Shown here piece by piece: positions 50,975 through 64,000 of a DNA stretch of 64,000 nt (its first letter is position 1; each line of letters starts with the position of its first letter). A program made the position numbers and the translations under genes. The notes under the pieces were generated by a model. It worked only from the letters and a program-made list of their open reading frames with translations, did not search any database and was not told the DNA's origin. The DNA is from Mobula birostris (Eukaryota): NCBI RefSeq assembly GCF_030028105.1, contig NC_092396.1, positions 3,286,001 to 3,350,000 on the forward strand. Direction: 5' to 3'.

Positions 50975-50998
50975 CTGAATTCTCCAGTACAGAACTGC
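50975..50998 (-). CDS. PPIH: PPIH exon 3 (QFCTGEFR), 24-nt microexon
   Basis: tttag acceptor, GTCAGT donor; keeps frame. Confidence 0.95.
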
Positions 50999-51103
50999 CT
51001 AAAATGGAAAAAAAGCATTGAATGAGTAACAGCATAACAATGAATTACAGTAGTTTATAGAGTTTGGAAGGGAAATAAAGTGGCTAATTTAACAGCATCT
51101 TAC

Positions 51104-51168
51104 CTGAAGTTCTCTGCTGCCCTGGGAACAACATCTGCAAACAGTTCTATCTTCATCCGACCTACCTC
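51104..51168 (-). CDS. PPIH: PPIH exon 2 (EVGRMKIELFADVVPRAAENFR)
   Basis: 65 nt, AG/GTAAGA boundaries, PPIH-specific sequence. Confidence 0.97.
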
Positions 51169-54100
51169 CTGTTACAGAACAAAGAGATCATTTGACTAAG
51201 AACTCGAAGTCGTAGGTTAAATGCGACAGCTGAAATGTTTAAAGGGAACATCTGCACTCAGAGGATGGTGAGAGAGTGGAACAAACTGCTTGTGGAAGTG
51301 GTGGATGCAGGTTCAATTGCAACTTTTAAGGTAAATTTGGATAAGTACATGGACAGAAGGGGAATGGAGGTCCAGATGCAGATCAATGTGACTAGGCATG
51401 GACTAGTTTCTGTGTTGGTGCATTCTATGACTGTATCCCGATTTTATAACACCATTACAATCATTTCCAAGGAGGTTTCAGTGGGATAACAAACCAAACT
51501 GCAGAGAGCTGAAATGCCAAAGAATCCAGGATATGATGTTGGGATGGCCAGCCAGCTGAACAAACACTAACATGAAGATTGAGGCAGAGTATTACTCTAA
51601 CGTTAGATTGGAAAATGTGAATGCTCAAAAGGATCTGGATGCTTTTGCATATTAGTTACTGAAAGCAAACATGCAGGTGCGCAATTGGTTAGGAAGGTAA
51701 GCCGTATGTTGAACTTCACCCTGTCAGGGCTTCCCAACCCTCCAGTTAATGGTAGGGATCCATAACATAAAAAAGGTTGGGAACCCCAGCTCTACGAAAT
51801 GATCAAGGATCCAACTTTATTCACCGCCTATATTAACATGTATTAGGAATTTGCTGTGTTGTTGCATGTCACACCAACACAAAAATAACAAGAATAAATA
51901 ATTATATAAAGAAATGTATAGTTAATCTATGGATATGGAACAAAAAGTGCATAAATATATAAGCACTAGCACGTTTTGAGAAAAACAGTAAAGATATCTT
52001 ATTGCAGGGCTTTGGTGAAAATACACTTGGGATGCTGTGGGAAATTTCTGATCTTATGTAAAAGAAAGTGAGCAAGTGCAACACAGGTCTTGTACTCCCA
52101 TATTAAGCTGTGATACATTCAGATGGGATGTTTTCTAATGGAATATTGATCAAAATTGGTGAAGGTCAAAGTGGGTAGGTCAAATTTCTTTAGCCTCCTG
52201 AGGAAGTAAGGGTGCTGGTGAGCTTTCTTGGCTGTGGCACCTGTTGTTGTTGGATCAGGTTAGGCTACTGGGGATGTTATGCTAGTCTTCCCCACATTGA
52301 CAGCCAAGGATTAAAATACAATTAGAAATCTTTTCAAATGTCAAAAGTGAAATATGTATGAGGGTCTATTCTTAAAATCATTACTGTTCAAATGTTTGTA
52401 TGAAGGATTCCCTGAAAGTTTAAGTTTTATAAAATACCAACATAATTCATAAATTTTCATGTTTAGTGTCTGGAACAAGATCACAGCATTAGAAAATGTT
52501 AAGCTATCACCCATCTAGATACTCAGTGCAGTTCTGCTCTGACTATAGTAAATACTCAGCAAAAGAAGTGCCTAATCTTGTACCTCTCTCGATCCACTCA
52601 TCTAGGGGCTCATCTAGGAACATTCCTACAAGTTTAGAGATTATGAATTGCTGCAAGGCAGTGTTTACAAGAATCCAGTAATTAGAAAAGCTCAGTAGCT
52701 TGTATTAATGGTGGATGAGATTACTAACCTCTGCGACCCCTCTCCATTTTGGGTTAGTTCTGAGTTGGTCCACCTTCTGGTAAATGGATTGGGACAATCT
52801 CTACTGAAGCAATTACCCTAATCACTAAGAAGTTCTTCTAACACGATTGGATTATTTACTTTGCGAGAAATAATGACTAATCAATAAAATCAAGAAACAT
52901 GCTATTTTTTTTTCAATTCAACTTAATTGCACACTTTCATAACAGTGGCCTTTTAAGTAAATTACTTCTAATTAAAATTATAGGATTCAAAATAACAACA
53001 AATAGTGGAGCTGAAATTATTCAGTGTACATTCAAATGATTAAGAACACATTTACTTGGGTAATTAAATGCTAATTCTACTCAACTATGAAGTTATCGTA
53101 TAATTCTTCTGTGGATGAAAACTGTTAGAACCTCCAATTGTATGAAAACAGACATTCCAAACAGAACTAACAGACACTAGTTACTGCATGAACTATCTTA
53201 ATGAATACAGTGAAATATCTGAACACAAATGTATGTGAAGCTGATTAATATTGTACTTAGAAGTGGAAATATAAGCCAGATCAGTATCCGTCTCAAAGTA
53301 AATCATTCCCTTTAAAATATTTGACTATATTCAATTTCAGACAAGGCAGCTATTCTATAAACTGTCTGAGTAACACTTCCCATTGTGTAGAAAGTCCACT
53401 TTAAGCCAAAGACATAACAAAATGAAAACAATCCAATTTCAAAATCTATTATAGTTTTATAGACATAAGAGTACAATAGAAAATCTATTACACTTTCATA
53501 GATTTTGATCTGTTCTAGAAACTCTCAATGTTCATTAAGCATCTAATGATCTTGCTCATTAATTCTCTCACCTATAATGTTGAATTTTCAAAAGCACATT
53601 TTTAACAGTTTGCTGTCTATTGACTGCTGCCTAATATTCACTGACTTGTTTTCTACTTTATTAGTATTCAGACATCGAAAAGTGAAGAATTTCAAAATAT
53701 GCTGTTAGCATAATTGGATAAGAAGCAGATTAGAATTAGAAAGGCAGGACGAACCAATTAGAAAATATAAGTAAGTTTATAGAAATTCTTACAAAAGCAA
53801 TATACTTGTATCAACATTAATCTGATTGTCCTTGGAATAAGAGTGCTACTGCACAGAAACAGTATCAACCCATATACTTGCCGCCATAATGTCTAAATCT
53901 ACACTGATTCCATTTACAGCACCTGGTCTGTAGCTTTCTATGCCTTAGGAATTCAAGTGTTCATTTTGCCATCATCCACTCGGTAGTGTGTTCAATATTA
54001 CAGCCACACTCCGAGTGAAAACTATTCCTTAGATTTAATCTGAACTCCCTAGCTCTAAATGTAAATGAGGCCCATTGCTAAGAGGATTTTAACTATCTAC

Positions 54101-57100
54101 TGTACCTTATCTATACCCCTCATTATTGTATTTCCTCTCCAGCACAAGGCCGTACTATTGAAACCATACATTTCATTTCTTGCCATTGCTGAAGCTCTCC
54201 ATCCCAGGCAATATTCTGATGAACATCTTCTACAGCGTCTCCAGTCCCCCATTTCCCAATTCTCACTATTCCTCTACCTTCTCCCATATCTGGCTTCACC
54301 TATCACCTTCTAGCTTGTGTCCCCCCCTGCCCCCCCCCCATCATCTATTCTAACTCCTTCCCCCTTCCTTTCCAGTCCAGGTGAAGGGTTTCAGCTTGAA
54401 ATGTCAACTGTTTATTCCTATCCAAAGATGCTAACTGACCTGCTGAGTTCCTCCAGCATTTTGTGTGTGTTACCACCATCCCTTGTATTGGTATTGCTTT
54501 TATGTTTGCTAAGAGTTTAGAAGAATGAGGGGGGATCTCATTGAAACCTATCGAATATTGAAAGGCATAGATAGAGTGGATGTGGAAAGGATGCTTTCTA
54601 TGGTGGGGGAGTTAACAGCAGAAAAGGAATTTCTTTAGCCAAAGGATAGTGAATCTGTGGAATTCATTGTCACGGTCACTGTGGAGGCCAAGTCATTGAG
54701 AATTTTTAAAGCGGTGGTTGATAGGTTCTTGGTTAGTCAGGGAGAAAGCAAGAGAATGAGGGATAATAAATGAGCTATGATGCAATGTTGGAGCAGACTC
54801 GTTGGGCTGAGTGCCCTAATTCTGTTTCTATGTCTTATGTACCAAGATATTTTGAAAAGATTGCCTTGCATACTGTGTATACAGACCACATCAATGACAA
54901 TTTGGACATCAATGTAGTATGACGAGTAAGTTCCCAAAAGGCATGAAAAGCCACGACAGCTGAGTTGAAAGACTCGGACTAGTGTATGCCCCATCTTTAT
55001 AGTCCTAGCCCGACTGCAAAAGGGCATGAGGCTAGAAACCGCATCCTGTAAAAAATGCACAGCTACAGTAACTCCAACAGAAGCTCCAAAGACTTCATCC
55101 CTGGTAGAGGAACAAATTTTGCCAAAAAGACAGATGAAGTCATGTGGTGAGAGCTGCTAGTCTGGAAGCAAATGGGCGAATCAACCTTCCATAAGCCAGG
55201 ACCACTCGAAGACAGAACCACAACAAAGGACTCTGGCGAGCTGCTGTCGGTGGCCTGTAGGTGTGACGGACTTAACAACAATAACAAGTACAACCGTCAA
55301 TACTTATCAGGATTAAGTGTTACCTACTACAGCTTCTCCCATCGATAGCACCAGACATGTACACCATCATTATGTGGTTAGTACAACACTTTAATTAGGG
55401 TTCAGTTCTCACAGCTGAATACAAGCAGTTTGTACGTTCTCCCCTGGCTTTCTTCTGCGTGCTCTGGTTTCCTCCCATATCTCAAAGATAGTCATAGTAG
55501 TCATAGTCATACTTTATTGATCCCCGGGGAAATTGGTTAAAGATGTATGGGTTAGTAGGTTACCTGGCCAAATGAGTTTAATTGGGTGGTGGGAACTCGT
55601 TGGGCAGGAAGGGCCTGTTATCATAATCAGGTATAAAACACACGTGCTCATGGGGAGAATGTACAAACTTGTTACAGACAGGGACAGGAATTGAACCCTA
55701 AGCTACCAATCAGAATCAGAATTAATATCACTGGCACATGTGAAATTTGTAGTTTTGCAGCAGCAGTGCACTGAAATACATAATTTAAAAACTATAAACT
55801 ACAACAAGAACTTTTATTTTTAAATATCAATTAAATAAGCAGTGCAAAAAGAAAAAAAATGATGTACTGTATACTGGTTCATTGTCCATTCAGAAATTCA
55901 GTGATGGAGGGGGAAGAAGCTGTTCCTGAAACATTGAGTGTGTGTCTTCAGGCACCTGTACCTCCTCCCTGATGGTAGCAGTGAGAAGGGGCATGTCCTG
56001 GGTGATGGGGGTCCTTAGTAAATGACGTCCAATTTCTGGCGTTGTAAAACATTAAGATCACTGATATGCTGCCCCATATGGTAGAGAACAGGTTGCATTG
56101 CACCTGCAAGTAGTAATTGAAAAAAACACAGCTAAATAGATAATTTGTTTGGCTACAGGGGAGAAGCCAGGGAAGGGAGAGGGTGGCGGGGAAGAACAAG
56201 CAGTGAAGACGAGGTCTGAACACAATGGGTTGAATCTCCTTTTGGAAATGTACCAATTCTATGACTGTATTTGATGATGCTTGTTAAATTTTGAAAGCCT
56301 TGATGAATTGAATAGAACCATTTTTACTTACAGGAATGAGCAAAAGCAGAGAATACTGACGTAAGACTAGCTACCAAATCAAATGAAGATGAAAATACAT
56401 GTTTATCCTGGAGCATTTCTGAATTTTGAGGAAATTAGGAATATTGAGGGACTTCTGGTCAGAAGATGGTGCGTTCAGGCACAGTGACCTTTTGGGGAGC
56501 CAATCAAAGGTGATTTGAAATGTCTTTTTTTATAATGGCTGGACAATGCTAGCCACAAAGAACTTCAGGTACTGCAGGTCTACCCCATCATTGGCCGAAG
56601 AGCTGGACTTCGTGCAGACCGTGTTGCTGCCTGCTATAGGAAAGCAGTCTAACAGCCAGTGATTGTTTTGGATGTTTCTCTTGTCTATTGGTGAGACAGA
56701 CAGCAGGGTAGCTGTGTGGCCTTGCTGTAGCGAGGAGTAGGCCTCAAGCTGTGGGCTTGCCCGTTGCAGCAGTCCAGGAGAGGAAATGCCAGAGACAGTG
56801 TAGTGTAGTGTCCATGTTGGATTTGGGGGTTGGAGGGGGTGAGAGGATGTGTGTTGGCCCCTCCCATTGGTGCCACCCTCCAGTGTTTGATCAGTGGCAT
56901 GACAAGCGGATTGCAAGTATGGTTCATCTACAGACTACTGAGAACTACTTGTTCTTACCGATAACACCCACGCACCAGCAACTTGCAGGAGAGTTCACTT
57001 AGGCACTTGGCCTATACTATATTTTTTGTGTGATTGTATGTTTACTTCTATCTTATATGTGCTATATTTGCCTGTGCTGTGTATGACTGTTGGTATTGTG

Positions 57101-57784
57101 TTTTGCACCTTGGCCCCAGAGGGACACTGTTTTGTTTGGCTGTATTCATGTGTGTTCATGTATGGTTGAATGATAATTAAACTTGAACTTTAAACTAGTG
57201 CATCACTAGCAACCCTTGAGAATACTGTGGTCCGGGCACTCTTGAACTAGGCAACAGTAATCCACAGTTCTATTAGGTTGGGGATTCCAGGGTTTTGACT
57301 GAAGAAATAGAAATATATTTACAGCTCAGAGTGCTGTGTGACATGTCGGATAGTTCCTTCATAGCACTAGACTACCCACCAAGGACATCTTTAAAAGGCA
57401 AAGCCTCAAAAAGGTAGCATCCATCATTAAGGAACTACACCAACCAGGACTTGTCCTCTTCTTATTACTACCAGTAGAGAGGAGGAACAGGAGCCTGAAG
57501 ACACACACTCAATGTCTTGAGGAACAGTTTTTTCCCCTCCACCATCAGATTTCTGAATGGTTCATGAACCCATGAACGCTACCTCATTATTTTTGCTCTC
57601 TTTTGCACTACTTACTTAATGTTTATATATTTCTTATAATTTATAGTATATTTTATGTATTGCACTGTACTGCTGCTGCAAAACAACAAATTCTGCCAAG
57701 TACTTGATTCTGATTTTGAGTTGACTGTTCTCCATGTCTTTTGTTGTGATACGATTGCCAGGCTGGGCTGGAAGCAAAGGCGAC

Positions 57785-58090
57785 TTGCTGAGCGACCACA
57801 CTGCAGTTTACAGCTTGCTGAGTGACCACACTGCAGTTTACAGCTAGTTTACAGCTTGTTGAGTGACCACACTGCAGTTTACAGCTAGTTTATAGCTTGT
57901 TGAGTGACCACACTGCTGTTTACAGCTAGTTTATAGCTTGTTGAGTGACGACACTGCAGCTTACAGCTAGTTTATAGCTTGTTGAGTGACCACACTGCAG
58001 TTTACAGCTAGTTTATAGCTTGTTGAGTGACGATACTGCAGTTTACAGCTTGTTGAGTGACGACACTGCAGGTTACAGCTAGTTCAACAG
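57785..58090. repeat. Compound 30/41-bp minisatellite, ~8 units
   Basis: TTGTTGAGTGACCACACTGCAGTTTACAGC with or without TAGTTTATAGC. Confidence 0.92.
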
Positions 58091-58209
58091 CAGCCACCGT
58101 GTCAGCGGTGCAAGATTCATTTTCAGCATTGACTGTGAAGATGCCCTCATACAGAACTGTAAAGAACTTGCACCATACTCCCAAATTTATGTCTTTTATC
58201 AGTAATTAA

Positions 58210-58620
58210 CATGTGAGGAGCTTTAGATGGCCCTGGGCGGCCAGTATTCGCTGGAGTTTAGGAGGATGGGGGCGGGGGGGCAGGTGGATCGCATTGAAAC
58301 CTATTGAATATTGAAAGGCCTCAATAGAGTGGATGTGGAGAGAATATTTTCTATAGTGTTGGAATCTAAGACCAGAGGGCACAGCCTCAGAATAGAGGGA
58401 TGTCCATTTAGAACAGAGATGAGGAGAAATTTCTTTAGCCAGAGGCCGGCGAATCTGTGAAATTCATTGCCACGGATGGCTGCTGAGACCAAGTCTTTGG
58501 ATATATTTAAAGCAGAAGTTGCTAGATTCTTGATTAGTCAGAGCATCAACGGTTACAGGAGAAGGCAGGAGACTGTGGATGGAATGGCGTAATGGGCCGA
58601 ATGGCCTAATGTCATATGGT
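58210..58620 (+). mobile_element. CR1 3' fragment
   Basis: Typical CR1 3' sequence. Further CR1 fragments at ~28975-29345(+), 32255-32705(+), 33500-33840(+), 38390-38985(+), 39420-39770(+), 51205-51430(+), 53845-54240(-), 54515-54840(+), 62370-62800(-). Confidence 0.85.
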
Positions 58621-59799
58621 ATAAGCCTCAGTGAGTAACCACAGTGCACTTTGCAGGTGGTTTATCCAACAGCCACAGTTCACCAGCAGTGGAAGGTTAG
58701 TATAGGAATGATGTTATGATTCATTTACACTTAAATAACTCTGGCCACCAGTCTTCTGTTTGACAAGTACTGTGGATTGAGTTCATAACAATGCATTTCC
58801 TAAAAGCCGTGAATATCAGAATACTAGCCAGATGCTGCGGATGGAAGTGTGAAGTTTACAGGTAGATTTGAAGACAGTATTATCTATACTTTATAAATAT
58901 GAATTGTTTTCTATGTCAGCATGTAAAATACCAAGTAAGTGTATTGTGGATTCAACTTGCACTCCGAAAGGCTGTGAGTACCAACCCAGACATGCGGGCG
59001 TCTGGAGGAGAGGATGAAGTCAGGTGTGATGTTTTGTATGTAGCTTCAAAAGAAAGCATTGTCTATAACTTTGTAAATAGGAATTGCCCTTTGTGTTTAG
59101 CATAAAAATATCGAGCCCACATTGGGCTAGCAGACCTTTCTGCGGAAAGCGTCTCCGTCCGTATGATGCCTGCTGTACCTTGTTGTGTGGAATGAAGAAG
59201 CTGCTTTGTATCTACCAGTGACTTTGTCTCTCCGGTAATTTCATCCACGCCACAACAACATCATACTCCTAATTTATGACTTTTATAAAATGGATAAAGG
59301 TTATAATACCTAGTCCTTGACTATACAAGTTTATCATTTGATCATACAACCAAATGAAACAATGTTCCTTGGGACCACGGCGCACCCACAAAACGTATAT
59401 GACGCAGACCACATAAAGCAAAATATTACCAAATATTGTGAGACCCACCTAACGTTGCCAACAGCTTAGTGATGAATCCGAGTCAGATCTAATATCAAGT
59501 TGAAATATCATCCAACAATACAAGAAAATAGAGGAACGTAACAGCGTTCGTCCGTGATCAAGGTGAAAACACATAACCAACAGCACACTGCACATAGTTT
59601 TGATTACAGAAAAAAAAGTCATGAAAAATATAATATATATCCCAAGTCCCTGGGTGGCATAACTGTAGATTGATGGCAAGTTGGCCTGGTCCAGCTTGAT
59701 CTTCCACCGACTGAACACTGTCGAGAAATCTGTCGTTTTGCGGCAGCAAAATATCTAATCTTAACCCACTCCCAGGAGCCACGGACATGGTCCCATACC

Positions 59800-60180
59800 C
59801 GGCTCCAGGTCTCATTCCCAAAACCCCAATATGCCTGACCCCAGCCCCGGCCTGTTCCGCCCTCATCCCCTGACCCCAGCCCCGGGACCGGACTGCTCCT
59901 GATTTTAATGCCGCACCGGGTCCCTTGGTGCCCCGTCGCCCCGCTCCTCGGCCTCAGGCCCCCTCACCTGGCCGCCGATGGTGATATCAAAGAAAACCAC
60001 CGGGTTGCTAGGGTTGCTCGGAGGCGCCGCCATCGCCGCCACAGGAGGAAAAGGGGCGGGACTGGGCGGCGGGTGACCTCACTCGGCTTCCGCTCCACTC
60101 ACCTGATTGACAGCGGAAGACCCCGCCCCCGCGGGCTGGTTCGGGCGCTCCCTCACTCTGACCCTATATCCGGCCGGGCT
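59800..60180 (-). promoter_or_regulatory. PPIH CpG-island promoter
   Basis: GC boxes ~60053 and 60121; ETS-like CGGAAG ~60087 and ~60114; TGATTGACAG 60104-60113. Confidence 0.75.
59968..60033 (-). CDS. PPIH: Peptidyl-prolyl isomerase H (cyclophilin H), exon 1 (MAAPPSNPSNPVVFFDITIGGQ)
   Basis: GCG-ATG-G start; NPVVFFD cyclophilin motif; CAG|GTGAGG donor; CpG island. Confidence 0.96.
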
Positions 60181-60492
60181 CTCCCTCACTCCAACCTGTA
60201 CCAGGCTGGTCCCGACACTCCCTCACCCATACCCGGCTGCTCTAGGGGCTCCCTCACCCCGACGCCATACCGGGCTGATCCCGACTCCCTCACTTCCTAC
60301 ACCCCTCCAGGATCGGTAAAACCTCACTTACCCCGCCCAACCTGATCCCGGCGCTCCCTCACGCCGATCCCCACTGAGCTGATGGTACTCTCTCACTCCC
60401 ACCCACCACAGGCTAATCTAGACGCTCCCTCACTGTGCCGGTCCCGAAAATCCCTCATTCCTACCCAGGGGCTGATCTGGATGCTCTCTCAC

Positions 60493-60714
60493 ACCAACAC
60501 CCACTGTGTTGGTCCTGGAGCTCCCTCATGCCAACACCCACTGTGCTGGTCCTGGAGCTCCCTCACGCCAACACCCACTGTGCTGGTCCTGGAGCTCCCT
60601 CACGCCAACACCCACTGTGCTGGTCCTGGAGCTCCCTCACGCCAACACCCACTGTGCTGGTCCTGGAGCTCCCTCATGCCAACACCCACTGTGCTGGTCC
60701 TGGAGCTCCCTCAC
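60493..60714. repeat. 37-bp minisatellite, 6 copies (GCCAACACCCACTGTGCTGGTCCTGGAGCTCCCTCAC)
   Basis: Units start at 60493, 60530, 60567, 60604, 60641, 60678; degenerate relatives extend over 60145-60490. Confidence 0.95.
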
Positions 60715-63700
60715 AGGCTGATCTAAATGCTTCCTCATTCCAACTCCATTGCTCCTCCCAAACACGCCATCACCATCCCTATCAACATTGAGGTCGAAAG
60801 CAGGTCTCCAGCATCATGAGGTGGAGGGTCTCATTCTGAACCATGAGCCATCGTCTAGATCATTTACAAAACCAGAATATAGAAGCAATTCACAAACACG
60901 GTGTGAGTGATTATTATGAGCTGGCAATAATGCAAATTATAAGTTCCTGGCATATCAGGCATGACCTTACTAAATAATAGAATAGCTTTGAGAGACTTCC
61001 TGCTCCCATTGGAAGGAATTGGCCTGTTAGTTTTTTATTGTGACATACCGAGGTTCAGTGAATTGCTTGGTTTTCCATACTCTCCAAACAGGATTACACT
61101 GGGGTTCCTTCGATTGACATGTGCCGTGTCATCCAATATGGACGACCGTGGTGTTTCCATGACCATGATTACTTTTGGCAAACATTTCTACAGAAGTGGT
61201 TTGCCATTGCCTTCTGGGCAGTGTCTTTACAAGACAGGTGACCCCAGCCAATATCAATACTCTTCAGAGATTGTCTGCCTGGTGTCGGTGGTCACATAGC
61301 CAGGACTTGTGATATGCACCAGCTGCTCATATGACCATCCACTGCCTGCCCCCATGGCTTCACACGACCCTGATCGGGGGGGGGGCAGTGTTATGCAGGG
61401 GCTACACCTTGCCCTAAGATGACCTGCGCTAGCAGAGGGGAGGAGTGTCTTACACCTCCTTTGATAGAGACACATCTCCACCCTGCCACCCATATTGAGG
61501 CAGTCAAATAGAAAAGCAATAATGGAAAACAATGTTTTATAAGTTTGTCAGAGAGCTGTGTGTCTTTCTCAAGAGGCAAGGAAAAAGAGTCATTCAGTCA
61601 GTGGCCGTATTATTAGATAAACCTGCTCATTAATGTAAATATCTAATCAGCTAATCATGTGGCAGCAACTCGATGCATAAAAGCATGCCGACATGGTCAA
61701 GAGGTTCAGTTGTTGTTCAGACCAAACATCTGAATTGGGAATAAATGTGATCTAAGTGACTTTGATCATGGAATGATTGTTGGTGCCAGACAGGGTGACT
61801 TCAGTACTTTAGAAACTGCTGACCTACTGAAATTTTCATTATAAACTGTTTCTGGAGTTTACAGAGAATGGTGTGAAAAACAAAAAAAAATTCCCGTGTT
61901 CCCTCAAGCTGCTCCCCTCCATGACATTAACTCCGCACTGAAGCTGGAGCCACGAGCCTGCTCCAGACTCTGAGTCAACGGGCTCCGCGATGTTTACTCT
62001 GCTATGGGCTGAGGTGATAGGCCTTCCCCTGGCTTCATGTCTGAAGACTCACTGTTGTTCTAAATACTATTCACTTTATATTTGTATTGTTTCATGTAGC
62101 ACCATGGTCCTGAAAAACTTCGTCTCGTTTTTACTGTGTACTGTACCAGCAGTTATAGTTGAAATGATAATAAAAAGTGACTTGACTTGACTTATTTATT
62201 GTTTGTATGATTTGTTTTATTTCTCTCTCTTTCTCTCTGCACAGTGGGCGTCTTTCAGTTTCTATGGGTTCTTTTGAGGTAATTGTTTTGCGGCTGCCTG
62301 TAAGGAGATGAATCTCAAGGTTGTATAGTGTATGCATACTTTGATAATAAATGTACTTTGAACTCCACGTAGCTACCCAAATGCTTCTTAATTGTTCCCA
62401 ACTGCATCGGCCTCAATCACTTCCTCTGGTAGTTCGTTCCATATATTCACCACCTTTTGCATAAATAATTTGCCCGTCAGGTCCTTTTAACTCTATCCAC
62501 TCTCACTGTAAACCTACGCTTGATAGCTTTGGAGAACCCTACCCTGGGGAAAAGACTGTTACCGTCCACCTTGCCTCTCATCATTTTAACCACTTCTGTA
62601 AAGTTGTTTCTTATTCTTATTCATTCGAAGGAATAAAGACCAAGCTTGGTCAACTTCTCCCTAAAACTCAGGCCCTCTTGCCCTGGCAACATCCTTGAAA
62701 ATCTCCGCACTCTTTCCAGTTTTTTCCTATAACTGGGTGACAAAAGTGTACATGAAACTCCAGGCACGGCCTCATCAATACCTTGTCCAGCTGCAATACT
62801 GTTAGTGTGACGCTGTAACACCTCGGGGCATTGGACTTTGGAGTTCAAATCCAATGCTTTTTGTAAGAAAGTCCTTCCCACGAGGGCCTGGCGTTTGTCC
62901 AGTTCCCCCCCTCCCTACATTCCAAAGACATACCACTTGGTAGTTTAATCGGTCGTTGCAAACTGTCCTGTGATGAGGCTGCGGTTAAATAGGTGGTTTG
63001 CTGGGTGATGCAGCTCGCTGGGCCGGGAAGGGCCTGTTCTGCGCTGTATCTCAATAAAATAAATATATAAATATTTGTCCTAGCCACCATGACCCATGTT
63101 CTCTACATTTTAAAGCCTCTTCTGCAGGAAATAGGCAGTAGATATTTCAGGTCGAGACCCTTCATCTGAACTGGAAAAGGGGACAGAGCTAGCTTAACAA
63201 GGTATGCAAGTGTGGTTTGGGGTTTGGAAATGAGCGGAACAATGTCTAGTGGGTGATAAGTGAATGCCAGGTGAATAATAGGCACGTGAGGGAGGGAAGA
63301 AAGAGAATTAAAATCTCCATTTTCCTATCTGTATCAGATTTGGCCATTTCTGTTGTTAACCATTCATTTGTGACATTGCTGAATGTTTTGGAATCAAAAA
63401 GCACTACAACATTGAGTCAGGCATTTTGGTCCATCTACTCCATGCTGGCCTGGTTTTCTGCGTAGTCCCAGCTAGTCTACCTGCAGTGGGACCATAGCCC
63501 TCCACACCTCTCCCATCTATGTACAGTACCTTCTCAAACTTCTCTTAAAAGTTACAACTGAACCCACATCCACCACTTCAATGCAGAGTCTCTCCTGATG
63601 AGGTTCACTCTTTCAACTGGTTTGTTTAATAATTTAGTCTCTAATTACCGTCAGAATGTGGACGGTATTTTATATTTATATTTTATGGTGTAATTACTTA

Positions 63701-63914
63701 ATACATAACACCTTCCCACCGACAGTAGCCTCACAGGTGGAACGAAGTGTTGGCACCTCGGTCTGCGTGAGCGCCCGGAGGGGTTTAAAGGAAGAGCCGG
63801 GACGCCATTGTTGTTCTCGCACCTAGAGTGGTCGGGAGGAGCCGGTGGGGTTTGCGGGACGGACCGGATGTGGGGCGGCCTGAGGATGGTGGCACCTTAG
63901 TGAGCGGGAGCGCC

Positions 63915-63972
63915 ATGAACGCGGAGGGAGGGCCGCCTGGCAGCGCGGCTGTTAGTACCGCGGCTGGCAACG
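63915..63972 (+). CDS. Candidate first coding exon of an unidentified gene divergent from PPIH (MNAEGGPPGSAAVSTAAGN)
   Basis: CpG island from ~63740 to the window end; GCC-ATG Kozak context; G|GTGAGT donor at 63973. Peptide not recognised. Confidence 0.45.
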
Positions 63973-64000
63973 GTGAGTGTACACGGAGGGACGGGGCTGT

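Noticed and set aside
52700-53840. Long AT-rich non-repetitive intronic block as a nested gene or RNA
   Set aside because: No ORF, exon-like pair of splice sites or RNA motif was recognised.
59908-60791. Plus-strand ORFs antisense to or upstream of PPIH exon 1
   Set aside because: Products of the GC-rich promoter and 37-bp VNTR; no splice or homology support.

Overview
Vertebrate, repeat-rich genomic DNA. The repeat content (V-SINE/HE1-like SINEs, CR1 with TTTCTATG tails, Rex1/Babar, Penelope-like elements) suggests a cartilaginous fish, probably a batoid; this is inference. Two spliced genes lie in tandem on the minus strand. PPIH (cyclophilin H) is complete: 9 coding exons, 60033->30663, 177 aa, all introns GT-AG, poly(A) signal at 30148. 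YBX1 is represented by its CpG-island promoter and exons 1-3 (4809->1288) and continues off the left edge. A third CpG island with a probable first exon on the + strand starts at the right edge. Most of the rest is nested, decayed transposable elements and several TE-seeded minisatellites, and nearly all ORF-track entries are TE remnants or artefacts. I found no convincing new multi-gene system. The best leads are: (i) an inverted ~180-bp copy of the YBX1 upstream promoter module inside PPIH intron 5; (ii) an in-frame alternative donor and promoter inside YBX1 intron 1; (iii) Penelope-like repeats whose combined copies reconstruct a minimal hammerhead ribozyme; (iv) twin-priming-like inversions in non-L1 elements and TE-born VNTRs. 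TE boundaries are approximate (read by eye); exon boundaries were checked base by base.
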